Assembly: GCA_963923945.1 (NCBI GenBank)
Contig: OZ000551.1
Location: 136,704 to 200,703, forward strand
From: Alphaproteobacteria bacterium
GTDB lineage: Bacteria; Pseudomonadota; Alphaproteobacteria; G963923945
DNA: 64,000 bases
Reading direction: 5' to 3'
Both the position numbers and the translations under genes were made by a program. The notes below the pieces were generated by a model. The model was not told where the DNA came from and made no database searches. It worked only from the letters and a program-made list of their open reading frames with translations. Shown here in pieces: positions 35,195 through 43,972 of this stretch (positions are counted from its first letter, which is position 1; the number at the start of each line of letters is the position of its first letter).

Positions 35195-37657
35195 ATGAAT
35201 CAAAAATTTTTACGTCATAAATTTTTTCATCTGTGTCTTTTATCTTTGTGCATACCGTTCTTATGCATGGGCTGGGCTGGGGTTTTTGCCGGGGTCTTTA
35301 TGATTCCCGAAGTTCGGGCCAGTCAAGATCAACCCTATCCGGCTTATATTGATTTGAGCGGAAAACCAGGTTCAAGCCGTCATCTCGGCGAACTCAATAT
35401 CTTTTTTCCTTTGCTTCAGGATCCCAAGAACCTCTTCTTTCTCAATTTACGGGGTCAGATCGACAATAAAGACAATCGGGAATTTAATATTGGTCTAGGA
35501 AAGCGGCATCTTTATGAAAACTATATCCTGGGTGGGTATGGTTTTTTTGATGTCCGGGTGAGCAAGAATGGCAATCGGTTTTACCAATCAACCATTGGCA
35601 GTGAATTGTTATCTGAGAATTTCGATCTGCGGGCCAATGGTTACCTTCCTTTCACCAAATCACGGGCCATTCCGGTTCAAGATGTGCGGGTGGTTGAGAG
35701 ACCCGATTTATTGAGCATTCAGTACAGCAACCGGGAGCGGGCTCTCTATGGTTTTGATGGTGAGGTTGGGCTGAATATACAGCAGTTGCTGCCTGAGCCT
35801 TATCAAGACAATGATGTGGTGGATACACGTCTCTATCTTGGCGGCTATCACTTCTTTGGGGCACAAGGAGCACCGAGTGTGACCGGTCCCCGGGGGCGGA
35901 TTGAATTCTCTTTATATGAATATGATTGGTCGGATTATATTCCCGATGGGACCCAGCTGATGTTGGGCCTTGAGGCGCAATATGATGAGCCGCGAGATGG
36001 CCAGGTGTTTGGCTTGTTTCGGTTGCGTATTCCGCTTCATAAAGGGCCGAGAAAACGTCTCAAAGGTCTGCACCGCCGCATGGTCGCTCCACTGGTGCGT
36101 GATGTTGATATTGTCACCGCCGATGCGGTAACCTCCGAACCGGCTTTGCTGGCCAGTCCTGGCCGGGAAGACAGAGAGGTGAGAGGGGTGACGGTTGTGC
36201 GTGATGCATCACAGCTCTTTGATGCGACAACCAACGGCCAACCGGGTCAACTCATTGTGGTTGATGAGAATATAGAAACCACTCTTGATAACTATATGCA
36301 GCCGGGTCAAATCCTTGATAGCGGCGGCAATACAGTCAATCTGAAAACCGCCAGCGGCGTCCAGGTTCGGTATAGTTTGCCGGGTGCTGGCGATGGCCAA
36401 CCCCGGACCATCACCAAAACCAGAAGCGGGCTTGGTCTGGTGGGGGCGGCGATTGTTCCCAGCCGCACTTCAGAAATCCAGAATATCCGAGTCAGAACAA
36501 CGCAACTTGATGGTCGGGTTGTTTCTCAATCCCTGGCTTTGGCTAATCCCAATGATGGCTCCTTGGGTTATTGGTTCGCTGACGGCAACAATAGCGAAGT
36601 TGGCCGGGTGCGGGCTTTTAATATCAGTGGTGATGCGCCCATCACATACAGCATACAATGTGCTGATCCGGACGGAAACGACCTTATGCCATGTGCGGGG
36701 TTATCGATTGATCGTGACACCGGTGTGATCACGACCACGGCTCCGCTGCCGCCGCAGCAGCAAACAGTCCTTGCGGAGGCCAGTGCTGGCGGCAGCACGG
36801 TATCATCGGTGATCATTGTGGCCTCTCAAGCAGCTGTGGATGCAGCACGTGCTGTCACCGAAGAAGGAGGCACGTTGCCCAACAGGGGGATGAGCAATGA
36901 TATTATTTTGCTCTATGGCGATGATTATCGATGCAGTTCGGATGATGGCGTTTTTGGCCAGGTTGCCCCAGCCGCGGATGCCTGCAACCCGACCGGGAAG
37001 ACCAAAATTGATTCGGTGAGGGATATTATCGGGGCCTTGCTGCGCCATGATAATACCCATAATGGTGGGCGGATTCAAAATGCCTTGGCAAGAAACCAGG
37101 CAACACTGGTTTTATACGATACTTTTGATGATCGCGATGAGAGCGCAGCGGTTTTCTTGATCTACCAGAATGCTCAGGACTTGCAAGCCGATGAGACCTT
37201 TATTGACGGTCACAACAATCTTGGGCGCAACCAAGCCGGTGATAAACGTAATGCCGCTGTCGAAGAAATTGTCCATCTCATCCATAATTACGGCATTACT
37301 TATGCTTACCCTGAGATACAGACACGGCTTGACGTGATCACAGATCAAGCTTTTGAAGAGGGTTTCTTGAACTTTGTTGATGACGACGGAGATGGAGCTG
37401 CGGATCCCCCCGGAGATTTGCCACGCTCTGACTTGGATGATGAATATTTCGCCGATGGGGTAGAAGCCTATTTCAATTTACGCGGCGGGAGTGGGTATAC
37501 CTTTACCGATAATCTCTGTTCGTCTGGCGGTGTTCACAGGGGGACCGTATGTGCCGGGGAGAGAACCAGCCGGTCCGATTTGCGGACCCATCACCGCCCG
37601 CTTTATGATTTGGTTGAAGAGGTTTTTGGCTCCCGCCAGACGTTCTTTGGCCAGTAA
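35195..37657 (+). CDS. Inverse autotransporter (intimin/invasin-like, type Ve) adhesin-like protein, paralog 1
   Basis: It has a signal peptide of about 42 aa. Residues about 45-308 show alternating beta-strand sequence with IAT-like segments (NIGLGKRHL, GGYGFFD, LRANGYLPF) and a linker RRMVAPLVRDVDIV. The passenger has a cadherin-like LSIDRDTGVITTT motif. Confidence 0.7.
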   Translation: MNQKFLRHKFFHLCLLSLCIPFLCMGWAGVFAGVFMIPEVRASQDQPYPAYIDLSGKPGSSRHLGELNIFFPLLQDPKNLFFLNLRGQIDNKDNREFNIGLGKRHLYENYILGGYGFFDVRVSKNGNRFYQSTIGSELLSENFDLRANGYLPFTKSRAIPVQDVRVVERPDLLSIQYSNRERALYGFDGEVGLNIQQLLPEPYQDNDVVDTRLYLGGYHFFGAQGAPSVTGPRGRIEFSLYEYDWSDYIPDGTQLMLGLEAQYDEPRDGQVFGLFRLRIPLHKGPRKRLKGLHRRMVAPLVRDVDIVTADAVTSEPALLASPGREDREVRGVTVVRDASQLFDATTNGQPGQLIVVDENIETTLDNYMQPGQILDSGGNTVNLKTASGVQVRYSLPGAGDGQPRTITKTRSGLGLVGAAIVPSRTSEIQNIRVRTTQLDGRVVSQSLALANPNDGSLGYWFADGNNSEVGRVRAFNISGDAPITYSIQCADPDGNDLMPCAGLSIDRDTGVITTTAPLPPQQQTVLAEASAGGSTVSSVIIVASQAAVDAARAVTEEGGTLPNRGMSNDIILLYGDDYRCSSDDGVFGQVAPAADACNPTGKTKIDSVRDIIGALLRHDNTHNGGRIQNALARNQATLVLYDTFDDRDESAAVFLIYQNAQDLQADETFIDGHNNLGRNQAGDKRNAAVEEIVHLIHNYGITYAYPEIQTRLDVITDQAFEEGFLNFVDDDGDGAADPPGDLPRSDLDDEYFADGVEAYFNLRGGSGYTFTDNLCSSGGVHRGTVCAGERTSRSDLRTHHRPLYDLVEEVFGSRQTFFGQ

Positions 37658-37680
37658 ATTGCTTTGGTCAGTAAAACCTT
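35327..37680 (+). repeat. Left copy of a ~2.35-kb direct segmental duplication (right copy 37931-40281)
   Basis: Manual alignment gives an offset of 2604 nt at the 5' end and 2601 nt at the stop codons, which implies a one-codon indel. Confidence 0.9.
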
Positions 37681-37858
37681 GGATCAATGATGGCCGATTG
37701 ATCATTGGATTGAACCATCATCTGGCTGATCAATCTTTGAGCAAAAGCGGGCTTTAATCTTCATTTTTCTCAAGAAGTTTTATTAGACAATTTATTGATA
37801 TACCAACAATCCTTAACAGGATTAACAAGTAAAATATTTTTTACAATGGGTCTTAACA

Positions 37859-40258
37859 ATGAGTCAGCGGTTATTTTGGTGTTTTTTGTTTTCGTCTATA
37901 GCTGCTTTTCTGGTTTCCGAAGCGCGCGCTGATCAACCCTATCCGGCTTATATTGATTTGAGCGGAAAACCAGGTTCAAGCCGTCATCTCGGCGAACTCA
38001 ATATCTTTTTTCCTTTGCTTCAGGATCCCAAGAACCTCTTCTTTCTCAATTTACGGGGTCAGATCGACAATAAAGACAATCGGGAATTTAATATTGGTCT
38101 AGGAAAGCGGCATCTTTATGAAAACTATATCCTGGGTGGGTATGGTTTTTTTGATGTCCGGGTGAGCAAGAATGGCAATCGGTTTTACCAATCAACCATT
38201 GGCAGTGAATTGTTATCTGAGAATTTCGATCTGCGGGCCAATGGTTACCTTCCTTTCACCAAATCACGGGCCATTCCGGTTCAAGATGTGCGGGTGGTTG
38301 AGAGACCCGATTTATTGAGCATTCAGTACAGCAACCGGGAGCGGGCTCTCTATGGTTTTGATGGTGAGGTTGGGCTGAATATACAGCAGTTGCTGCCTGA
38401 GCCTTATCAAGACAATGATGTGGTGGATACACGTCTCTATCTTGGCGGCTATCACTTCTTTGGGGCACAAGGAGCACCGAGTGTGACCGGTCCCCGGGGG
38501 CGGATTGAATTCTCTTTATATGAATATGATTGGTCGGATTATATTCCTGATGGTACCCAGCTGATGTTGGGCCTTGAGGCGCAATATGATCAGCCGCGCG
38601 ATGGTCAAGTGTTTGGCTTGTTTCGGTTGCGTATTCCGCTTCATAAAGGGCCGAGAAAACGTCTCAAAGGTCTGCACCGCCGCATGGTCGCTCCACTGGT
38701 GCGTGATGTTGATATTGTCACCGCCAATGCGGTAACCTCCGAACCGGCTTTGCTGGCCAGTCCTGGCCGGGAAGACAGAGAGGTGAGAGGGGTGACGGTT
38801 GTGCGTGATGCATCACAGCTCTTTGATGCGACAACCAACGGCCAACCGGGTCAACTCATTGTGGTTGATGAGAATATAGAAACCACTCTTGATAACTATA
38901 TGCAGCCGGGTCAAATCCTTGATAGCGGCGGCAATACAGTCAATCTGAAAACCGCCAGCGGCGTCCAGGTTCGGTATAGTTTGCCGGGTGCTGGCGATGG
39001 CCAACCCCGGACCATCACCAAAACCAGAAGCGGGCTTGGTCTGGTGGGGGCGGCGATTGTTCCCAGCCGCACTTCAGAAATCCAGAATATCCGAGTCAGA
39101 ACAACGCAACTTGATGGTCGGGTTGTTTCTCAATCCCTGGCTTTGGCTAATCCCAATGATGGCTCCTTGGGTTATTGGTTCGCTGACGGCAACAATAGCG
39201 AAGTTGGCCGGGTGCGGGCTTTTAATATCAGTGGTGATGCGCCCATCACATACAGCATACAATGCTCCGACCCAGACGGAGATGATCTGATCCCATGTGC
39301 GGGGTTATCGATTGATCGTGACACCGGTGTGATCACGACCACGGCTCCGCTGCCGCCGCAGCAGCAAACAGTCCTTGCGGAGGCCAGTGCTGGCGGCAGC
39401 ACGGTATCATCGGTGATCATTGTGGCCTCTCAAGCAGCTGTGGATGCAGCACGTGCTGTCACCGAAGAAGGAGGCACGTTGCCCAACAGGGGGATGAGCA
39501 ATGATATTATTTTGCTCTATGGCGATGATTATCGATGCAGTTCGGATGATGGCGTTTTTGGCCAGGTTGCCCCAGCCGCGGATGCCTGCAACCCGACCGG
39601 GAAGACCAAAATTGATTCGGTGAGGGATATTATCGGGGCCTTGCTGCGCCATGATAATACCCATAATGGTGGGCGGATTCAAAATGCCTTGGCAAGAAAC
39701 CAGGCAACACTGGTTTTATACGATACTTTTGATGATCGTGATGAGAGCGCAGCGGTTTTCTTGATTTACCAGAATGCCCAGGACTTGCAAGCCGATGAGA
39801 CCTTTGTTGATGGTCATAATAATCTTGGGCGTAACCAAGCCGGTGACAAACGTAATGCCGCTATTGAAGAAATTGTCCACCTTATCCAGGATTACGGTAT
39901 TGCCTATGCCTATCCTGAGATACAGCAACGTATTGAAACGGCTACACAGCAAGCCTTTGAAGGAGGTTTGTTGAGCTTTGTTGATGACGACGGAGATGGA
40001 ATTGATGATTTCCAAGGCATCTCGCTCGGTGAATGGGGTAATGAATATTTTGCTGATGGGGTGGAAGCTTATTTCAATTTACGCGGCGGCGCGGGGTATA
40101 CCAATACGGATCGTCTCTGTTCGTCTGGTGGCGTTCACAGAGGGACTGTATGCGCCGACGAGAGAACCAGCCGGTCTGATTTATGGACCCATCACCGCCC
40201 GCTTTATCATTTGGTCGAAGAGGTTTTTGGCTCCCGCCAGACGTTCTTTGGCCAGTAA
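37859..40258 (+). CDS. Inverse autotransporter (intimin/invasin-like) adhesin-like protein, paralog 2
   Basis: It is nearly identical to paralog 1 from DQPYPAYIDLSG onward at an offset of 2604 nt. It has a different signal peptide and a diverged last ~170 codons. Confidence 0.7.
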   Translation: MSQRLFWCFLFSSIAAFLVSEARADQPYPAYIDLSGKPGSSRHLGELNIFFPLLQDPKNLFFLNLRGQIDNKDNREFNIGLGKRHLYENYILGGYGFFDVRVSKNGNRFYQSTIGSELLSENFDLRANGYLPFTKSRAIPVQDVRVVERPDLLSIQYSNRERALYGFDGEVGLNIQQLLPEPYQDNDVVDTRLYLGGYHFFGAQGAPSVTGPRGRIEFSLYEYDWSDYIPDGTQLMLGLEAQYDQPRDGQVFGLFRLRIPLHKGPRKRLKGLHRRMVAPLVRDVDIVTANAVTSEPALLASPGREDREVRGVTVVRDASQLFDATTNGQPGQLIVVDENIETTLDNYMQPGQILDSGGNTVNLKTASGVQVRYSLPGAGDGQPRTITKTRSGLGLVGAAIVPSRTSEIQNIRVRTTQLDGRVVSQSLALANPNDGSLGYWFADGNNSEVGRVRAFNISGDAPITYSIQCSDPDGDDLIPCAGLSIDRDTGVITTTAPLPPQQQTVLAEASAGGSTVSSVIIVASQAAVDAARAVTEEGGTLPNRGMSNDIILLYGDDYRCSSDDGVFGQVAPAADACNPTGKTKIDSVRDIIGALLRHDNTHNGGRIQNALARNQATLVLYDTFDDRDESAAVFLIYQNAQDLQADETFVDGHNNLGRNQAGDKRNAAIEEIVHLIQDYGIAYAYPEIQQRIETATQQAFEGGLLSFVDDDGDGIDDFQGISLGEWGNEYFADGVEAYFNLRGGAGYTNTDRLCSSGGVHRGTVCADERTSRSDLWTHHRPLYHLVEEVFGSRQTFFGQ

Positions 40259-40310
40259 ATTGCTTTGGTCAGTAAATTGCTTTGGTCAGTAAAACTTTGA
40301 TCAGTAAAAT
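40247..40310. repeat. 17-bp tandem repeat (about 3.5 copies) starting on the stop codon of paralog 2
   Basis: The copies read CTTTGGCCAGTAAATTG / CTTTGGTCAGTAAATTG / CTTTGGTCAGTAAAACT / TTGATCAGTAAAATCTC. Paralog 1 has two copies at 37646-37679. Confidence 0.85.
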
Positions 40311-40649
40311 CTCGAGTCAATCAATTTTAGTCCATAAGGCTTGGCCAGTAAAAGTCATTTGATTGATGGGTTATTGGGCCAATCAAATCATTGGGCCCAT
40401 CAATCTTCGGTGAGGGTTGTGGACGTTCGGGTTTTGATAGAGATTACTCAGCCAACCCACTGATTAGACATTTAAAATATTTTATCTAAAGTATTTTATC
40501 TTCAAAATCTATCGCGCATTGATTGATCATGCGTTATATGGATTTTTTTCTGATTGGGTCTTTTTCTCATTTTTCTTTGGGCGTCTTGAGCAACTTTCTT
40601 CAGCTCATATATAAGTTCCATAATATACATTATGCGATCTTTATGACGG

Positions 40650-40693
40650 GTAAGAATCGCCCTGCGCGTCCGGACACGCTTGATCCAGTTTAG
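40650..40693 (-). pseudogene. Relic fragment of the adjacent MBL-fold hydrolase gene
   Basis: By manual alignment, about 36 of 44 nt match gene-internal positions 40803-40846, including a perfect ACACGCTTGATCCAGT run. The fragment lies just beyond the gene's stop codon. Confidence 0.6.
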
Positions 40694-40705
40694 TCAGAGC
40701 ATTAT

Positions 40706-41491
40706 TTATTCAAGCGTGATCTCCATGCCGTCATAAGCCGGTTCGACACCCGGCGGACATAAATTGATCAATTTTTGGTAGTCGGTCTCAAAACTCATAT
40801 GAGTGAAAATCGCTCGGCGCGGCTGAACACGCTTGATCCAGTCTAGGGTTTGTTCTAAATGCGCATGGGTTGGATGGGGTGCCAGCCTCAAGCAATCAAC
40901 GACCCAGACCTGGACACCGGCCAAAATATCAAAAGCATGATCATCCAAACCAACCACATCACTAGAATAAGCAAAATCACCGATGCGAAATCCCAACGTT
41001 GTTGAATATCCATGATCCTGGATAAATGCCGTGACCGCTACCGGCCCTTCTGGGGCCTGAATGGTTAAGGGGCCGTTTGCAACATCGATGATATGCGGTG
41101 TTAAAAAGGGTTTGTAATATTCCTTCACATCGGTGGACGCGACAAGATAACCAAAACGCTGCTTGATGACGGTAAGCGTGTCTTGATCGGTATAAAGGTC
41201 GATTTCACCCTTCTGGCTGGCCCGGCGTAAATCATCAATCCCGTGCAAATGGTCGGCATGGGTATGAGTCATGAACAAAGCATCAATATGATCAATCTTG
41301 GCGGTGAGCAGCTGCTCACGTAAATCCGGTGTCGCGTCAATCAAAATCCGCATCCCTTGAGTCGAAACCAAAACCGAGGGACGCAAACGGCGATTTTTCG
41401 GGTTCTTTGGATCACATTTTCCCCAACCCAAACCAACCATCGGGACACCACCGGAACTGCCGCATCCCAAAATACGTAGGTTCATCACCAT
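40706..41491 (-). CDS. MBL-fold metallo-hydrolase
   Basis: It has the motif HTHADHLHG, and the start MVMNLRILGCGSSGG avoids overlap with tatD. The ORF is open to 41623. Confidence 0.8.
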   Translation of the reverse strand: MVMNLRILGCGSSGGVPMVGLGWGKCDPKNPKNRRLRPSVLVSTQGMRILIDATPDLREQLLTAKIDHIDALFMTHTHADHLHGIDDLRRASQKGEIDLYTDQDTLTVIKQRFGYLVASTDVKEYYKPFLTPHIIDVANGPLTIQAPEGPVAVTAFIQDHGYSTTLGFRIGDFAYSSDVVGLDDHAFDILAGVQVWVVDCLRLAPHPTHAHLEQTLDWIKRVQPRRAIFTHMSFETDYQKLINLCPPGVEPAYDGMEITLE

Positions 41492-41510
41492 TTCGTATTC
41501 ATCATTATAT

Positions 41511-42338
41511 TCATTCACAGTTGAATGGGTGGCTGTTTTTTGTTTTTTCAGACTGGGCTTTTTTGAACAGACGGAAAAAATTGGCTGTTGTTTGCGCGGC
41601 CAATGCGTCAAGCGGCACATCAAACAATGCCGCTACATAATGTGCGGTATCTGCAACAAAAGCCGGCTCATTGCGCCGCCCACGATGCGGCACCGGGGCC
41701 AGATACGGTGCATCGGTTTCCAGTAAAATACGTTCCAGCGGAATGGTGGTGATAATCTCGCGCAATGGGACAGAATTTTTGAATGTGATGATCCCGGAAA
41801 GGGAGATATAAAACCCCAATTCAACCGCTGTTTGGGCGAGTTCTTGCCCACCGCTAAAACAATGAAGAACTCCGGTTAATGGTCCTTTTGCCGATTCAGA
41901 GCGCAGAACGGCCGCTGTTTGCGAGTCCGCTTCGCGGCTATGAATAATCACCGGTAGATCAGCCTGGCGGGCCGCTTGGCAATGGTTGCGGAAGCTGGCT
42001 TCTTGGGCTTGAGGAGTCGAATGCTGATAGTGGAAATCTAAGCCGCATTCACCAAAAGCCACCACTCCACTCTGCATCGCCAGGTCACAAAGACGCTCCG
42101 GCGTTGCGCTTTGCCCTTCGGCATCGGCTTCATGCGGATGGACCCCAACCGAGCACCATATATGATCATGGGTTTGGGCAAGATGCTGAACCGCATCAAA
42201 GGTCGAAATTTTGGTTGAAATGGTTAACATACCCCCAATACCGGCGGCTTGAGCCCGCGCCATGACCTGGGGTAAATCAGCCGTAAAATCGGGAAAATCA
42301 AGATGACAATGGCTATCAATCAGAAAAGGTTGCGTCAT
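41511..42338 (-). CDS. tatD: TatD-family hydrolase
   Basis: It has the N-terminal motif IDSHCHLDF and TatD-type metal ligands (HSR, ETDAPYL). Confidence 0.85.
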   Translation of the reverse strand: MTQPFLIDSHCHLDFPDFTADLPQVMARAQAAGIGGMLTISTKISTFDAVQHLAQTHDHIWCSVGVHPHEADAEGQSATPERLCDLAMQSGVVAFGECGLDFHYQHSTPQAQEASFRNHCQAARQADLPVIIHSREADSQTAAVLRSESAKGPLTGVLHCFSGGQELAQTAVELGFYISLSGIITFKNSVPLREIITTIPLERILLETDAPYLAPVPHRGRRNEPAFVADTAHYVAALFDVPLDALAAQTTANFFRLFKKAQSEKTKNSHPFNCE

Positions 42339-42359
42339 GATGTTTTGGTTACTTTAGGA

Positions 42360-43907
42360 TTATACATTCTCATAGCGGGGAAAAACGCCTTGCGGTTTGG
42401 GAAGCCGGGTCCCTGGCTCTAACCGCCCTTCTTGCCGACTTAAGGCCGAAAATTCTCGCTGTTGCGGGGAGACCGATAGCTGGTCAAGAATTTTTTTTGC
42501 TCCATCAGGGATAAATGGTTGCGCCAGAAGAGCATAGCAACGAATGGCTTCAGCCAAAACATATAGCACGGTTGTCATACGGGCTGGATCGGTTTTTTTC
42601 AATGCCCAGGGAGCCTGAGCGTCAACATATCGGTTGGCGGCCCCAATCTGTCCCCACAGACAATCCAATGCCTTGTGAAAAGACTGGCTATTCATGGCTT
42701 CCCTCATCACCGGCAATGCGCCATCAATGGCGCTCAGCAATACGTGGTCGGGGGCTGTCAATGTTTCTGGCTCTGGAACTGCTCCATGACAATTTTTATG
42801 AATCATTGAGAGCACTCTTTGCGAGAGATTGCCAAAATCATTGGACAAATCGGCGTTAATTTGTTGGATCATGGCTGTTTGTGAAAAATCACCGTCTTGT
42901 CCAAACGGGACCGCCCGCAACAAAAAATAACGCAGCGAGTCAAGACCATAACGTTCAGCCAGCTCAAAAGGATCAATGACATTGCCCAGAGATTTAGAAA
43001 TTTTCTCTCCTTCATTGGTCCACCAGCCATGAGCAAAAATTCGCCGTGGTGGCTCGAGACCAGCAGCCAGCAAAAATGCCGGCCAATACACCGCATGAAA
43101 ACGTAAAATATCCTTGCCGATAACATGCAGGTCAGCCGGCCAGATTGCTTGAAAATCGTCACCCTTGTCATTTGGATACCCAGCAGCGGTCAGATAATTG
43201 GCCAAAGCATCAATCCATACATACATGACATGACTCGGATCGTCAGGGACCGGGACACCCCATTGGAAGCCGGTTCGTGAAATGGATAAATCTCTTAAAC
43301 CTCCTTCAACAAAGCGAAACACTTCGTTGCGTCGACCGGCAGGAGCAATAAAATCAGGATGGGATTGATAAAAATCAAGTAATGACTGTTGCCAATCCGA
43401 CAAACGAAAGAAGTAGCTTTCTTCCTCAACCCACTCCACCGGCGCCCCGCTGGGGGCTATTTTTCTGCCATCAGAACCCGCAATGAGTTCAGAATCGGTA
43501 TAAAAAGCCTCATCACGCAGAGCATACCAACCGGCATAACGATCCAGATAAATCGCGCCTTGTTCGTCCAGCCGCCGCCATAAAGCCTGAGCGGCCTGGA
43601 TATGACGCTTCTGGGTCGTACGAACAAAATCATCTTGAGATATGCCAAAAAATTGGTTCATTTTTTGAAAATTGGCTGAAACCGAATCAACAAAATCTTG
43701 CGGTTTCATCCCCTTAGCGATGGCCGCTTTTTCAACTTTTTGACCATGTTCATCGGTGCCGGTGAGAAAGAGCACCCGCCGTCCATCTAATCGCTGAAAC
43801 CGGGCCAAAGCATCACAGGCCAAAGTTGTATAAGCATGACCGATATGCGGCTTATCATTAACGTAATAAATCGGGGTGGTCAGGTAATATGTTGAAGGAT
43901 CAGGCAC
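42360..43907 (-). CDS. metG: Methionine--tRNA ligase
   Basis: It has a HIGH motif (PHIGHAYT) and a KMSKS motif (KISKSLGN). It has a GTG start. Confidence 0.9.
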   Translation of the reverse strand: MPDPSTYYLTTPIYYVNDKPHIGHAYTTLACDALARFQRLDGRRVLFLTGTDEHGQKVEKAAIAKGMKPQDFVDSVSANFQKMNQFFGISQDDFVRTTQKRHIQAAQALWRRLDEQGAIYLDRYAGWYALRDEAFYTDSELIAGSDGRKIAPSGAPVEWVEEESYFFRLSDWQQSLLDFYQSHPDFIAPAGRRNEVFRFVEGGLRDLSISRTGFQWGVPVPDDPSHVMYVWIDALANYLTAAGYPNDKGDDFQAIWPADLHVIGKDILRFHAVYWPAFLLAAGLEPPRRIFAHGWWTNEGEKISKSLGNVIDPFELAERYGLDSLRYFLLRAVPFGQDGDFSQTAMIQQINADLSNDFGNLSQRVLSMIHKNCHGAVPEPETLTAPDHVLLSAIDGALPVMREAMNSQSFHKALDCLWGQIGAANRYVDAQAPWALKKTDPARMTTVLYVLAEAIRCYALLAQPFIPDGAKKILDQLSVSPQQREFSALSRQEGRLEPGTRLPKPQGVFPRYENV

Positions 43908-43972
43908 AATAAAAGCCGGTTTTTGATAGTGAATAAAGGTTACCTAAAGTCATGAAGATCATCACCACTTTT

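Noticed and set aside
36660-36695. I considered whether a diversity-generating retroelement explains the divergent patch between the two inverse-autotransporter paralogs.
   Set aside because: No reverse transcriptase or template repeat is present. The substitutions are not adenine-specific and are largely synonymous, which fits gene conversion or ordinary divergence better.
37250-37290. I considered calling the inverse-autotransporter C-terminal domain a zinc metalloprotease.
   Set aside because: No HExxH or HxxEH motif is present. The HLIH in paralog 1 has the wrong spacing, and its second His is Gln in paralog 2. Only a loose resemblance of the EYFADGVEAYF segment remains, so it is reported as speculation and not as a call.
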